Positions 32,402 through 41,555 of a stretch of DNA of 64,000 nucleotides are shown here, piece after piece. The position numbers and the translations under genes are program-made. Below the pieces are notes generated by a model. That model was not told the DNA's origin. It did not search any database and saw nothing but the letters and a program-made list of their open reading frames with translations. Positions within the stretch are counted from its first letter, which is position 1. Each line of letters begins with the position of its first letter. This DNA comes from a virus, in IMG/VR virus record IMGVR_UViG_3300017971_000033; one strand, 5' to 3'.

Positions 32402-32913
32402 GCGTAGCAAGTCATGAGTACGTGATCGAGGGGCCGAATGGCAATCGGAACTATGTGCTGTTCACGCTGACGGCTCACAATAGCGATACGTACCAAATCC
32501 GCAAGTTGCTGATAAACACAACCGATCTCGATACGTATGCGCTGACGTTGTATGACCTTGCCGTGGCAAGCTGGGAGCAGTTGGAGCGCGACTATGCGAT
32601 TGATCGATTAATCCAATACCTCGACCCGGATTACGTAACGCAGCACTTGGCGCAAGCTGATTATGACCGCTTCGTGTTGCTTGAACTTATGCAGGAAATC
32701 GACCCGCACCGTGTTAATTCAGCAATGACATTTTGGACGAACGTACAGATACGTAATGGCGCGAACGCATCGCAGCGAGCCGCAAGCCTTGGTGTTGCCT
32801 TGGTCGAGTATCAAGAAGTCGAGGACAGGATGAACGCTTACATTGGCGTGTCATCGTTCCTGACCGCAGACAAAGCGGCGGTGTGGACGTATATACCCGA
32901 GGGGTGGGAATAA
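32398..32913 (+). CDS. hypothetical protein
   Basis: ORF track; ATGA overlap. Confidence 0.8.
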   Translation: MSVASHEYVIEGPNGNRNYVLFTLTAHNSDTYQIRKLLINTTDLDTYALTLYDLAVASWEQLERDYAIDRLIQYLDPDYVTQHLAQADYDRFVLLELMQEIDPHRVNSAMTFWTNVQIRNGANASQRAASLGVALVEYQEVEDRMNAYIGVSSFLTADKAAVWTYIPEGWE

Positions 32914-34310
32914 TGGCCTTTTTCTACATAAGGGAAGATGGCACGGCAACGGGCAATGGCGGTCGTTATGTTTCAGCCCTTACCAGCTCATGGGCATCAG
33001 CCTTTGCAGCGACAACGGCTTATTATTCCAGCATTCAGCATTGTTATGCTGCAACATCAGCACCGATCAAAGGCGACCACCTCATGCTCGCGCACACCGC
33101 TTCAACGACTGAGGTGTTTGTTTCAAACCGGGATGTGGTAAGCCCCGCATGGCATAGCGTCGATGAAGATGCTGTGAACGAATCCCGTATTGGTGCGCGG
33201 GTGATAAATCCATCCAACCTGTTCGGTTTCAGGATAGAGGGCGAGGCGTTTATTGGCGGCATTTATTTTTCCAATACCGGCAATGGCGATGTGTTTTCAA
33301 TATACGGCAACAATGCTTTTGCGCGCTGGAAAGATTGCACGCTTCACCTCGACCATAACGACACAACCGAGTACCTGATCCCCAACATGGGATCGAATAC
33401 GTATGGCGGCTATAGCATTTTTGAGGGCTGCACCTTCGTGTCGAACTCAGCCAATAACAGATTCTTCGGTTTGAATAATCGGAACTATGCTCGCTTTATC
33501 GCTTGCAAGTTTGACCAAGGCGGCTTGGACGGTGGTGGTACGGCCACACTGCTCAATGGTGGGAATGGTCATACCGGAATCTTCGAACATTGCGACATGA
33601 AGAACTGCAATATCGCCGGCACGTCATTGCTGGGCGATAATTTGATTTATTCGCTGGTTGATTGTTTGCTGCCAACAGGATACACCGCTCCGACAACAGC
33701 TTTTGGTCAAAACATTTTTTCGATGGTCGGTTGTGATGATGGAGCTGGCGGGGTATCGCATCGGTTTGAGTTTGTGAGGGTGGGCGGCACGGCACGAAAC
33801 AACGACTCAACCTATGTGGCTTCGTCGCCATCGTGGAATGACGGCTCAACACAGTCATCGATTGAGGTGTTTACCACGGCCAGTGCAACGCGCCACTTGC
33901 CCTTTGTGTTCGACATGCCGATCATGTACGTGAACCTGTCGTCCACATCCGAGGATGTATTGACGCTTAACTTTGTCTCATCGGCAACGCTTACCGATGC
34001 GGACATCTCGGCATATGTCATCTATGAAGATCAGACGGTATTCAAGCAAGGCAACGTAGTGCATAGCGTGTCCGCGCTCGGCAGTGCGGTCTTTGGTAAT
34101 TGCACCGGCACAGGTTCGGCACTTGCATCATCAACGCTGACGGCAGCGGACTGGACGGGTGAACCCGCAGCAGGAAAGTTCTACCGGATTGATCTTGATA
34201 CATCGATAGACCGTGGTCGCGCCGCATTTACGAAGGTGCGCGTTGAGGTCGGCAAGACGAGCCTTGGCTCGGGCAAGCTGTTCATCCATCCGGTGATTGA
34301 CATTGGCTAA
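32913..34310 (+). CDS. right-handed beta-helix-like protein (tailspike / depolymerase-like candidate)
   Basis: Start MAFFYIREDGTATGNGG... at 32913 (TAATG). Successive rung-like motifs WKDCTLHL, FEGCTFVS, FIACKFDQ, FEHCDMKN. Confidence 0.75.
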   Translation: MAFFYIREDGTATGNGGRYVSALTSSWASAFAATTAYYSSIQHCYAATSAPIKGDHLMLAHTASTTEVFVSNRDVVSPAWHSVDEDAVNESRIGARVINPSNLFGFRIEGEAFIGGIYFSNTGNGDVFSIYGNNAFARWKDCTLHLDHNDTTEYLIPNMGSNTYGGYSIFEGCTFVSNSANNRFFGLNNRNYARFIACKFDQGGLDGGGTATLLNGGNGHTGIFEHCDMKNCNIAGTSLLGDNLIYSLVDCLLPTGYTAPTTAFGQNIFSMVGCDDGAGGVSHRFEFVRVGGTARNNDSTYVASSPSWNDGSTQSSIEVFTTASATRHLPFVFDMPIMYVNLSSTSEDVLTLNFVSSATLTDADISAYVIYEDQTVFKQGNVVHSVSALGSAVFGNCTGTGSALASSTLTAADWTGEPAAGKFYRIDLDTSIDRGRAAFTKVRVEVGKTSLGSGKLFIHPVIDIG

Positions 34311-34923
34311 GCTAGGAACAGTAAATGGGCAACTCGTTTACGCTGACGTTACCAAGCTGGGGGCAGTTCCCAATGACTCGTCATGGGAAGGCGCAGCCTT
34401 ACTGTACGCCACTCAGGGCGAAGCAGGTGGCCCGCCTCAATCCGGCTTGTGGACAATTACCGGAAGCCAAGCATGGGCTGACGGTACAAGCGACTTGCTC
34501 TACATGGCTTCGACAACTTCGTTTGTGCCGACTAATGCTACAGACTACCGAATGGTGTTCGATATTGTCAGTTATTCAAGCGGCGGTGTTTATCCTGTAT
34601 TCGGCAGCACGGTTGTTGGTGGCGAGGTTGATGGTGTCGGCCATTATGAATTCAATTTCACCGCTTCGGCTGGCACTAGCAGCAAGGTTCACGGATTACA
34701 AGCGAGTGCGCTTAATGCGTATATCGATAATTTCCAGATTTACGATGTTGATGACACGCTCTTCCAGTACACGTATATCTACCAAGGTTCAGACATCCCG
34801 GTTTATGCCGTGTTATTCAACCTTGCGTATCGAGAGCGACGCCTCACGGGGCTTTCATTGTCGAATAACAACCAGTCGATTCCGATTATCCAACGCACAG
34901 ACCGAGTGTACCGAAATCCATGA
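34297..34923 (+). CDS. hypothetical protein, paralog A (start uncertain; TTG)
   Basis: Aligns along its length with 34920-35402. The C-terminus ends ...QRTDRVYRNP. Confidence 0.75.
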   Translation: MTLAKLGTVNGQLVYADVTKLGAVPNDSSWEGAALLYATQGEAGGPPQSGLWTITGSQAWADGTSDLLYMASTTSFVPTNATDYRMVFDIVSYSSGGVYPVFGSTVVGGEVDGVGHYEFNFTASAGTSSKVHGLQASALNAYIDNFQIYDVDDTLFQYTYIYQGSDIPVYAVLFNLAYRERRLTGLSLSNNNQSIPIIQRTDRVYRNP

Positions 34924-35402
34924 CATGGACAGTGACAGGTAGCCAAGCAGAAGCTGTGAACGCTTCGACTACGTTAGCGATGGCGTCAACGGTATCGTTC
35001 TTGCCGGTTGAGAGTAATCGATACCGCATCTCATTCGCCGTGGCAAGCTATGCTGGCGGTTCGGTGCAACCGGTATTCGGCAGTGCGCTTGTTGGCTCAG
35101 AGATAAAGACGTCAGGCGTATTTGAGTTCGACGTCACAGCTAACGCCGCGCAGGCATTGAGCAAAGTACATGGAGTGAAGGGCAGCGCATTAACCGCTGA
35201 TATTGATAACTTCCAGATTTTCAGTTTGGCTGATAGCGATTGGACGTACAATTACACGTATCAGGGAAGCGATGTTCCGATTTATGCTGTACTATTCAAC
35301 CTCAAATTTCAGGAAATAAGGCAAACCGGATTGGCATTGTCCAATGAAGATCAATCAATACCAGTGCAGCAAGAAACAGATCGGGTTTTTAGTAATCCAT
35401 AA
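34920..35402 (+). CDS. hypothetical protein, paralog B
   Basis: ATGA overlap. YQGSDVPIYAVLFNL...SNEDQSIPVQQETDRVFSNP matches YQGSDIPVYAVLFNL...SNNNQSIPIIQRTDRVYRNP in paralog A. Confidence 0.8.
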   Translation: MTWTVTGSQAEAVNASTTLAMASTVSFLPVESNRYRISFAVASYAGGSVQPVFGSALVGSEIKTSGVFEFDVTANAAQALSKVHGVKGSALTADIDNFQIFSLADSDWTYNYTYQGSDVPIYAVLFNLKFQEIRQTGLALSNEDQSIPVQQETDRVFSNP

Positions 35403-35456
35403 GACTTCTTCACCGAAGTAGGGGATTGTTAATGTTAAGCAACAGGAGTAAAGGTC

Positions 35457-37913
35457 ATGGCTATTGTCGTCGATCCTGACAACCTAGACCGCGATCAAGT
35501 CATATTCGCAACCAACCCGCAGGAGCTTTCGCTTTATCCTGTCGGTGCTTTGGTAAGTGCGGCGGCGTCAAGCCAAACCGCATGGACAAGCACGGGAGCT
35601 GGCGCGACAACTTTCCATGACAATGGCGCGGATTTTGTAACGTGGGGCGTGGCGCAGGGAGATATCCTTGTTCTAAGAAACGGCCCGGACGCAGCACACT
35701 TGATTGTGAGCGCAGTGACAAACTCATCTACACTGGAGATTTCCACGGATGACGGATTCACTACGTTTAGTAATGCGAGTGCGCTGGTCTATTCCATCAA
35801 CGAGCCGACTGGTGGATCCATCGCGGACGGCGTAACGAAGCAGGCGGTATATTCCTTTGCAAAAGAGGAATGGCATACTGACGCCTATGCGACGGTGCTG
35901 ACTGATGACCTCATCAAGCACGAGTTTCCATACGAGGCCATTACGCGCGAGTCAATGGAAATCGGCGGCGGTACCGCTCACGCGGATTGGGTGTACTTTA
36001 ACGACTACACCCGGAAGAAGATCAGAACGGGCGGTTGGGCAGACAAGAACGCTGCGGCAACGGCCTCGACTGAATACGCTGGTATCGTAACTCTCGGCTC
36101 GCTCGATGCGGATACGCAGGTCTATTACCAGCAGACTTCTGCGCAGAACACGCCGGTTGACTTTACCTTCCTTGGTGCGGTGAATGAGCCGATCTTGATC
36201 TACTCTTCGGCTACGGTTGACTTCCGCACCTTCCTCAAGCTGTTTGCCCGTAAGAAGGGAAAGACCTATGTCCAGTCTGAAATCGCTGATATCGGTGTTA
36301 CGCAACTTGAATCCATTGTTAACCGCTTCCCGCTTGCGCACGCGGATGATGCAGCCATTACGGCTAGCGATGCGCAGATTATCGGAGCTAGCCCGTTCCG
36401 TACTGGCGCATCGGTTGTAACCGCATCCACTGGCGAAGCAAGCGCGGTTTCCAGTGCGGTCGGTATATTCCGAAGCTCTGCTACGGCACCGTTTACCGGA
36501 TCCGCAGTTGTGGTCGGCGATACGTTGCAGATTACCAATGACGAGATCGCTGGTTACTACACTATCCTCTCCGTGCTAAACGCCTCGACGGTTCATGTTG
36601 ATACGACCGAGTATGCGGTTGTTGACGGTAATGGCCCGTGGTCGTCCACTGTCGGCCTCAACTTCGATGTGTTCTCAATCATCAAGTCGGCCAACAAGGC
36701 AAGCAATATTGCCTCGGCGCTGGAAGATGGCACGACCGCAGCCGGCGCATCGGCCACCGTGGCAAGGTTCTCATCGCTTACTGGCGACTTTGTGAACCGT
36801 GGCGTAGTGGCTGGTGACACACTGGCGATTGTCAGCGGTAACGGAACTCCGGAAGGCGTTTATGTTATTGCCTCGGTAGAGGATGCCAGCAACCTGATTG
36901 TCAATTCTTTTGACCATCCTTTCAGCACGACATCGGGCAATGATTTCTTTGTCTATGCGGCGGGTATGTTCCTCGAATACAAGCAAGAGGACATTACCGT
37001 GACCGGCGTCAGTGCCTTGACCTTCGATGCGATTAACCCCGCATACTCCTCCGCGCCGACGATTGCACGCGCTTCCGGGAGCTGGGCGGGTGACGGCGTA
37101 ACGGAAGGAACGGTATTGGTCTTTGCTTCGACAACCAGCAACAATCTGTCATTCACGGTTGCCTCGACGCCGAACGCCTCTACGGTGACCTGTGTCCCGG
37201 CTGATTCTACGCGGATGACTGACGAGGCTACCGTTGTCGGTGCCAGCGTAACGGCCTATGACGCCTTCAAGCGGACGATTAACAACGTTGTGTATTCCTT
37301 CCGCTGGAAGTTGCTCGGCAATGCCGGATCCGCGTTGAACTGCTACCAGTTCATTCAGCACCAGCTACGGCAAAGCACTGATATCGATTGGGGCGCGGCA
37401 TCGTTCCGCGGGGATGTGACTGACCTGCTGATGTCATACGCTACCCCGACCGGTACCACGGCTGATCTGATCATCGACAACATCGATGCTGACGACACCA
37501 ACAATGTCACCTATGTGGACTCGACCGGCGTCAGCAGGGCTTTCCCGTTCGTGGCATCGCTTACGTTGAACTTCAACACCAACCTCCAGAATGACGCCAA
37601 TGCGAAATACTGGATGTATTACACGACCAATCCTTCCGGGAACTTCTCCAGCAAGGATGCCGTGTTGGTGAATGACTCGAACAACAACCCGATTCAGGGA
37701 TCTGTTGGCGGGAGTCCATCGGTGCAGTTCACGTATGACTATGATGGCAACGCTGATGGTGGCAGGACTCCTGCGACCGATGCGGACTTCACGGTTGTCG
37801 CCATTGGTCTTGAGACTGCGCAGTATGTTATCGCGACAGGCTCGATTACACGCGCGAAAGGCTTGAGCTTCTCGCTTGTGTCGAACCTTGAACGTAACTA
37901 CAGCAATCCGTAA
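35457..37913 (+). CDS. large Ser/Thr/Ala-rich repeat-containing protein (818 aa)
   Basis: AGGAG upstream. Four ~35-aa repeats of type G(D/T)xLxh...GxYxIxSVxxxSxLxV. The C-terminus ...LERNYSNP is shared with the two preceding genes. Confidence 0.88.
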   Translation: MAIVVDPDNLDRDQVIFATNPQELSLYPVGALVSAAASSQTAWTSTGAGATTFHDNGADFVTWGVAQGDILVLRNGPDAAHLIVSAVTNSSTLEISTDDGFTTFSNASALVYSINEPTGGSIADGVTKQAVYSFAKEEWHTDAYATVLTDDLIKHEFPYEAITRESMEIGGGTAHADWVYFNDYTRKKIRTGGWADKNAAATASTEYAGIVTLGSLDADTQVYYQQTSAQNTPVDFTFLGAVNEPILIYSSATVDFRTFLKLFARKKGKTYVQSEIADIGVTQLESIVNRFPLAHADDAAITASDAQIIGASPFRTGASVVTASTGEASAVSSAVGIFRSSATAPFTGSAVVVGDTLQITNDEIAGYYTILSVLNASTVHVDTTEYAVVDGNGPWSSTVGLNFDVFSIIKSANKASNIASALEDGTTAAGASATVARFSSLTGDFVNRGVVAGDTLAIVSGNGTPEGVYVIASVEDASNLIVNSFDHPFSTTSGNDFFVYAAGMFLEYKQEDITVTGVSALTFDAINPAYSSAPTIARASGSWAGDGVTEGTVLVFASTTSNNLSFTVASTPNASTVTCVPADSTRMTDEATVVGASVTAYDAFKRTINNVVYSFRWKLLGNAGSALNCYQFIQHQLRQSTDIDWGAASFRGDVTDLLMSYATPTGTTADLIIDNIDADDTNNVTYVDSTGVSRAFPFVASLTLNFNTNLQNDANAKYWMYYTTNPSGNFSSKDAVLVNDSNNNPIQGSVGGSPSVQFTYDYDGNADGGRTPATDADFTVVAIGLETAQYVIATGSITRAKGLSFSLVSNLERNYSNP

Positions 37914-38043
37914 CCGCGAGCCATGACCGCACCAAGGCTCAAACAGTTTGCACGGCGTACTTCCTCTGCGCTGGTGAGCTGGTTTTCCGTGGGGTTTCCA
38001 GCGTGCAGAAATAACCCCTTATCACTTTTCGAGGAGGAACATT

Positions 38044-38418
38044 ATGGCTTCTGAACTTACCGATGACGAAGCGCAACACATTATCGAGCTAAAGGAACAA
38101 GCAGCAAGAGCTAGTGGGCGGCAACTTCGCCATTTAAGGCGGGTTATCCGCAACAGGATTTTCAGGATTCGGCAAGGCCGGGATGGCTTTGATAACGGAT
38201 TGAAGAAGTTTATTGAAGCGCAGCTTTCTCCGGACCAGTCGCTTGATACCTTTACATTCAATTGGGATATTGCGCCTAATGATCCGATGAAGGTTGTTTC
38301 CCCTTACGAGTGGACTGATTGCGGCGGTACGTTTGAAACGGTCATGGTCTTATGTCAAGACGGCATAACGAGACCGGAACGGCAATGTGATCCGACTGCG
38401 TTCACCAAGCAGGAGTAA
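38044..38418 (+). CDS. hypothetical protein
   Basis: GAGGAGGAA upstream of ATG. Confidence 0.8.
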   Translation: MASELTDDEAQHIIELKEQAARASGRQLRHLRRVIRNRIFRIRQGRDGFDNGLKKFIEAQLSPDQSLDTFTFNWDIAPNDPMKVVSPYEWTDCGGTFETVMVLCQDGITRPERQCDPTAFTKQE

Positions 38419-38424
38419 ATCCTG

Positions 38425-39804
38425 ATGGCCGCAAAGGCTACTTTTGATCTTGATAATTTGCTTATCATATTCGACCAAGTTGCCCCTGATGGCAATGGCA
38501 AGGTGTCGATAGATACGCAGGTTGATATCTATTCCGACGCAAAGGAAGTATGGAACACCTCTGCGCTATATCCGGGCTTTGAGTTTCCGTTTAACACGAT
38601 TGGCGGCGAGGATCTCGGTGGAGGTCTTGGCGCTGGTGACTATTACTTCTTGCGCACAGATCTTGGTTGGAGGATTCGCCCGTATGAAGCCGACCATGAG
38701 TTGACCATAACCGGGAACCTTTACCCTGTCGATGCTAATGACCCGCTTGTGGTGCCGACATCTTCGGCTTATACCGTGCCGGTTATTTTTGAACGCTCCC
38801 AGCTTACGCAGACTGTGACACCAACCACTTCGGTTGTGGTTTCCGCGGTAGTCTCTGCAACGACCGACAACACGGCCATCGCTTCTGCTGTTTGGGCAAG
38901 GAATGTCAGCGCGACTGTCTCAGGGAGTTACGGCGAAGCCATGCGGACGGTTGTATTCGGCCATGTGATTTACTTCGATGGCGATCTTGGTACGGCAGGA
39001 ACGGCGTATCCGCTTGGCACAAAGAAATACCCTGTCAACAACTTTGCTGATGCCGTTGCTATTGCTTCGACTGAGAACGCGCCTATCATCCACATGGAAT
39101 CAGAAGGCATTGTTCAATCGACGGACAGCATAGACGGGATGATTGTCGAGGGACATCATCCGCTAAAAGTACAAGTACAGGTATCGGCAGGCGCATCGAC
39201 CGTTCATACCCAATTCCGCACCTTGTACCTACGCAATGCTGCGCTTAATGGATGGGTTGTCTGTCGAGATGCCGTGCTTGAGAACGTGACAGGCTTTCAA
39301 GGCGTAGCGCATCAGTGTATGCTCAACCCCGGAACGATCACGTTGACCGGATCGCAATCATCACACTTCCTTGATTGCTATTCAGGTGTGCCGGGAACAT
39401 CAACGCCAGTTATTGATGCGGATGGGAAGAATGTCGATTTCGCCCTCCGCAATTACAATGGCGGCATAGAGATACAAAACAACACAGCAGCAAATAATAT
39501 CTCTATTGACATGAACTCCGGGCAGATCATTCTGGCGTCAACGTGTACGGCAGGAACGATTGTTTGCCGGGGTACAGGCAAGCTGATCGATAACAGCAAC
39601 GGTGCTACGGTCATTGATGAGATTACAGACACAGGCGCATTGTCAGCCGACCAAGATGAACGTCTGCGCGAGCTTCATCAAATCCAAGGCCTTGAGTCAG
39701 GAGTACCGCTGGTGACAACGACCAGCACAAGAACCGCAGGCGCTTCGGTAACTCAAACCATAGCCGGGGATCCTGCAACTTCAATCACCATAACGAGGAC
39801 ATAG
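38425..39804 (+). CDS. fibre/spike-like protein (459 aa)
   Basis: ORF track. Its T/S/V-rich central tract and beta-rich C-terminal half resemble receptor-binding proteins. No family recognised. Confidence 0.8.
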   Translation: MAAKATFDLDNLLIIFDQVAPDGNGKVSIDTQVDIYSDAKEVWNTSALYPGFEFPFNTIGGEDLGGGLGAGDYYFLRTDLGWRIRPYEADHELTITGNLYPVDANDPLVVPTSSAYTVPVIFERSQLTQTVTPTTSVVVSAVVSATTDNTAIASAVWARNVSATVSGSYGEAMRTVVFGHVIYFDGDLGTAGTAYPLGTKKYPVNNFADAVAIASTENAPIIHMESEGIVQSTDSIDGMIVEGHHPLKVQVQVSAGASTVHTQFRTLYLRNAALNGWVVCRDAVLENVTGFQGVAHQCMLNPGTITLTGSQSSHFLDCYSGVPGTSTPVIDADGKNVDFALRNYNGGIEIQNNTAANNISIDMNSGQIILASTCTAGTIVCRGTGKLIDNSNGATVIDEITDTGALSADQDERLRELHQIQGLESGVPLVTTTSTRTAGASVTQTIAGDPATSITITRT

Positions 39805-39806
39805 CG

Positions 39807-40493
39807 ATGGGATTACAAGACGCAATAGCAAGAGAGAAGCAACTCCGTAGTGCGATGGAACACATCGACGGCTTCCGCGCCCGCCACGGATTGCCGCCTT
39901 TCGATTTTGAAGTCAAGCGCATTGCTGGCGGCGACTTCGAGGCTGCACCGATCATCGGCCCCGGACGGTATGACCCGGACGAGGAAACAGCACTTGATTG
40001 TTGTCCGTGGGATATGTCAGAAGCCGCAAAGGAATTAGCGAAGGAAATTGACAAGGATATTCTTGACAGTTTCATGGCCGACAGGGAAAGCGCGGAACTG
40101 TTCAATGAGCTGGCATCAGACCTCGAAACCGTGAACAAGTTAATCGAGGAAGGCGACAGAAGTGTTTATGCTCCGGACTTACTGCGCAAGGCCGCAGATA
40201 CCATAGCCGACCGAGCGGCTGCAAGAGACTCGGATAAGGGCGGCAGATCGATGCACAAAGCCGTTGCCACCTTCAATGCCATGACTGGCCACAATCTCAG
40301 CATAGAGGATGGATGGCTTTTCATGGTTTACTTGAAGCACGCGCGGATGCGTGGCGGTCACTTCCACGGTGACGACTACGTTGATGGCGTGGGGTATGAA
40401 GCACTCATGGCAGAGGAAGCATACAGATCAAAGGGGCAGAGCAATGCTGGAGAACATAGCCGCTTATCTCAATCCGTTCGACCCGAAGAATGA
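39807..40493 (+). CDS. hypothetical protein with a DUF6378-like C-terminal half
   Basis: ADRAAARDSDKGGRSMHKAVATFNAMTGHNLSIEDGWLFMVYLKHARM...DDYVDGVGYEAL pattern. Confidence 0.75.
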   Translation: MGLQDAIAREKQLRSAMEHIDGFRARHGLPPFDFEVKRIAGGDFEAAPIIGPGRYDPDEETALDCCPWDMSEAAKELAKEIDKDILDSFMADRESAELFNELASDLETVNKLIEEGDRSVYAPDLLRKAADTIADRAAARDSDKGGRSMHKAVATFNAMTGHNLSIEDGWLFMVYLKHARMRGGHFHGDDYVDGVGYEALMAEEAYRSKGQSNAGEHSRLSQSVRPEE

Positions 40494-40674
40494 CGCGGTA
40501 CCTAATGCAGAAGATGTCTGGTATCTAGAGGTCGAGTTTGTACCGTCAGCGGAATATGAAAGCAAGTCACATATCCTTGCGCTGAAAGGCGACATGACGC
40601 GCGCGGAGATTGCGCGTGACATCCGGATCTTCGCCGATCAGATTGAACGGGACATCCCTGACATAGTTCAATAA
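40444..40674 (+). CDS. hypothetical protein (76 aa)
   Basis: Start MLENIAAYLNPF... at 40444, preceded by AAGGGGCAGAG. Confidence 0.6.
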   Translation: MLENIAAYLNPFDPKNDAVPNAEDVWYLEVEFVPSAEYESKSHILALKGDMTRAEIARDIRIFADQIERDIPDIVQ

Positions 40675-41555
40675 TGGCGACCTTCTCTGACAGGGCTTTA
40701 ACGGTAGCAACGCGCGGCGTCTTATCAGGCGTCGCGCTTACCATTGCGACCAATGGAATTCTGCAACTCCCGCAGGATGTCCCGGTTGTTGTCGAGCCTA
40801 CTCCGCAACCGGTTGCCGCGGCGCCAGCGCGTGTCAGGGGTCCGCTTTCCTTCGAGTATTCCAACCAGTACCGGATCCAGTCAGAGATCAGGCTGGGGCT
40901 GGGGCTCGATGTCGAGGCCAGATATCTCCCTGTCCCTCTGGAAGAATACCGTGACACGGCAAACTTCTTCTGGAGTCTGGACCTCTCCGGGGAGTCTGGT
41001 GCAAGTCGGTACCAGTCGAGACAGTCGGACTATACATGGGGAATTGACCTCTCCGGGGCTTCCCGAGCCGATTATCAAGGAATCCTGAATCCGGCCCCGC
41101 TCAAATGGGCGGTTGACCTCAGTGGGGCCTCATACGGCTCACAGGCCACCAGAGGCCTTGTGCTTACCTCAGTTTCCCTCGGAATCTCCCCAGAAGGCCG
41201 CTCACGCGGTCTGGCGGCATCTCCGGGCTCGGTGGAATATCACCATATTGCCTCCCCGTGGGATCTTCGGATCCAGTCCCGGAGCTGGGCCGATTTGCTA
41301 CAGGTGGAGGAGTACCGGTACCTGTCACACCTCCCTGTCAAGGCCGGTTTCCAGATAAACACCAGTCACCAGACAGTCGGCGCCAGTCAGGGCCAGTCAC
41401 AAAAGTTTTACTGGAGAAATCGCCTTGACACGGGATTGCGCCTTGACACACCTTCATTCCACGAGCCAATCCCTGTAATTCCGCGGACGGATGACGAGGA
41501 GGTGTTGTTTGCGGTAATCCAGATCCTGCTCAGCGAGGATGATGACCTTGCCTGA
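40674..41555 (+). CDS. hypothetical protein with three (I/V)DLSG(A/E)S repeats
   Basis: ORF track; TAATG coupling. Confidence 0.8.
   Translation: MATFSDRALTVATRGVLSGVALTIATNGILQLPQDVPVVVEPTPQPVAAAPARVRGPLSFEYSNQYRIQSEIRLGLGLDVEARYLPVPLEEYRDTANFFWSLDLSGESGASRYQSRQSDYTWGIDLSGASRADYQGILNPAPLKWAVDLSGASYGSQATRGLVLTSVSLGISPEGRSRGLAASPGSVEYHHIASPWDLRIQSRSWADLLQVEEYRYLSHLPVKAGFQINTSHQTVGASQGQSQKFYWRNRLDTGLRLDTPSFHEPIPVIPRTDDEEVLFAVIQILLSEDDDLA

Noticed and set aside
34325-34942. 205-aa plus-strand ORF overlapping 34297-34923
   Set aside because: It is an alternative frame with R/L/S/C-rich composition. The chosen frame has a clear paralog next door.
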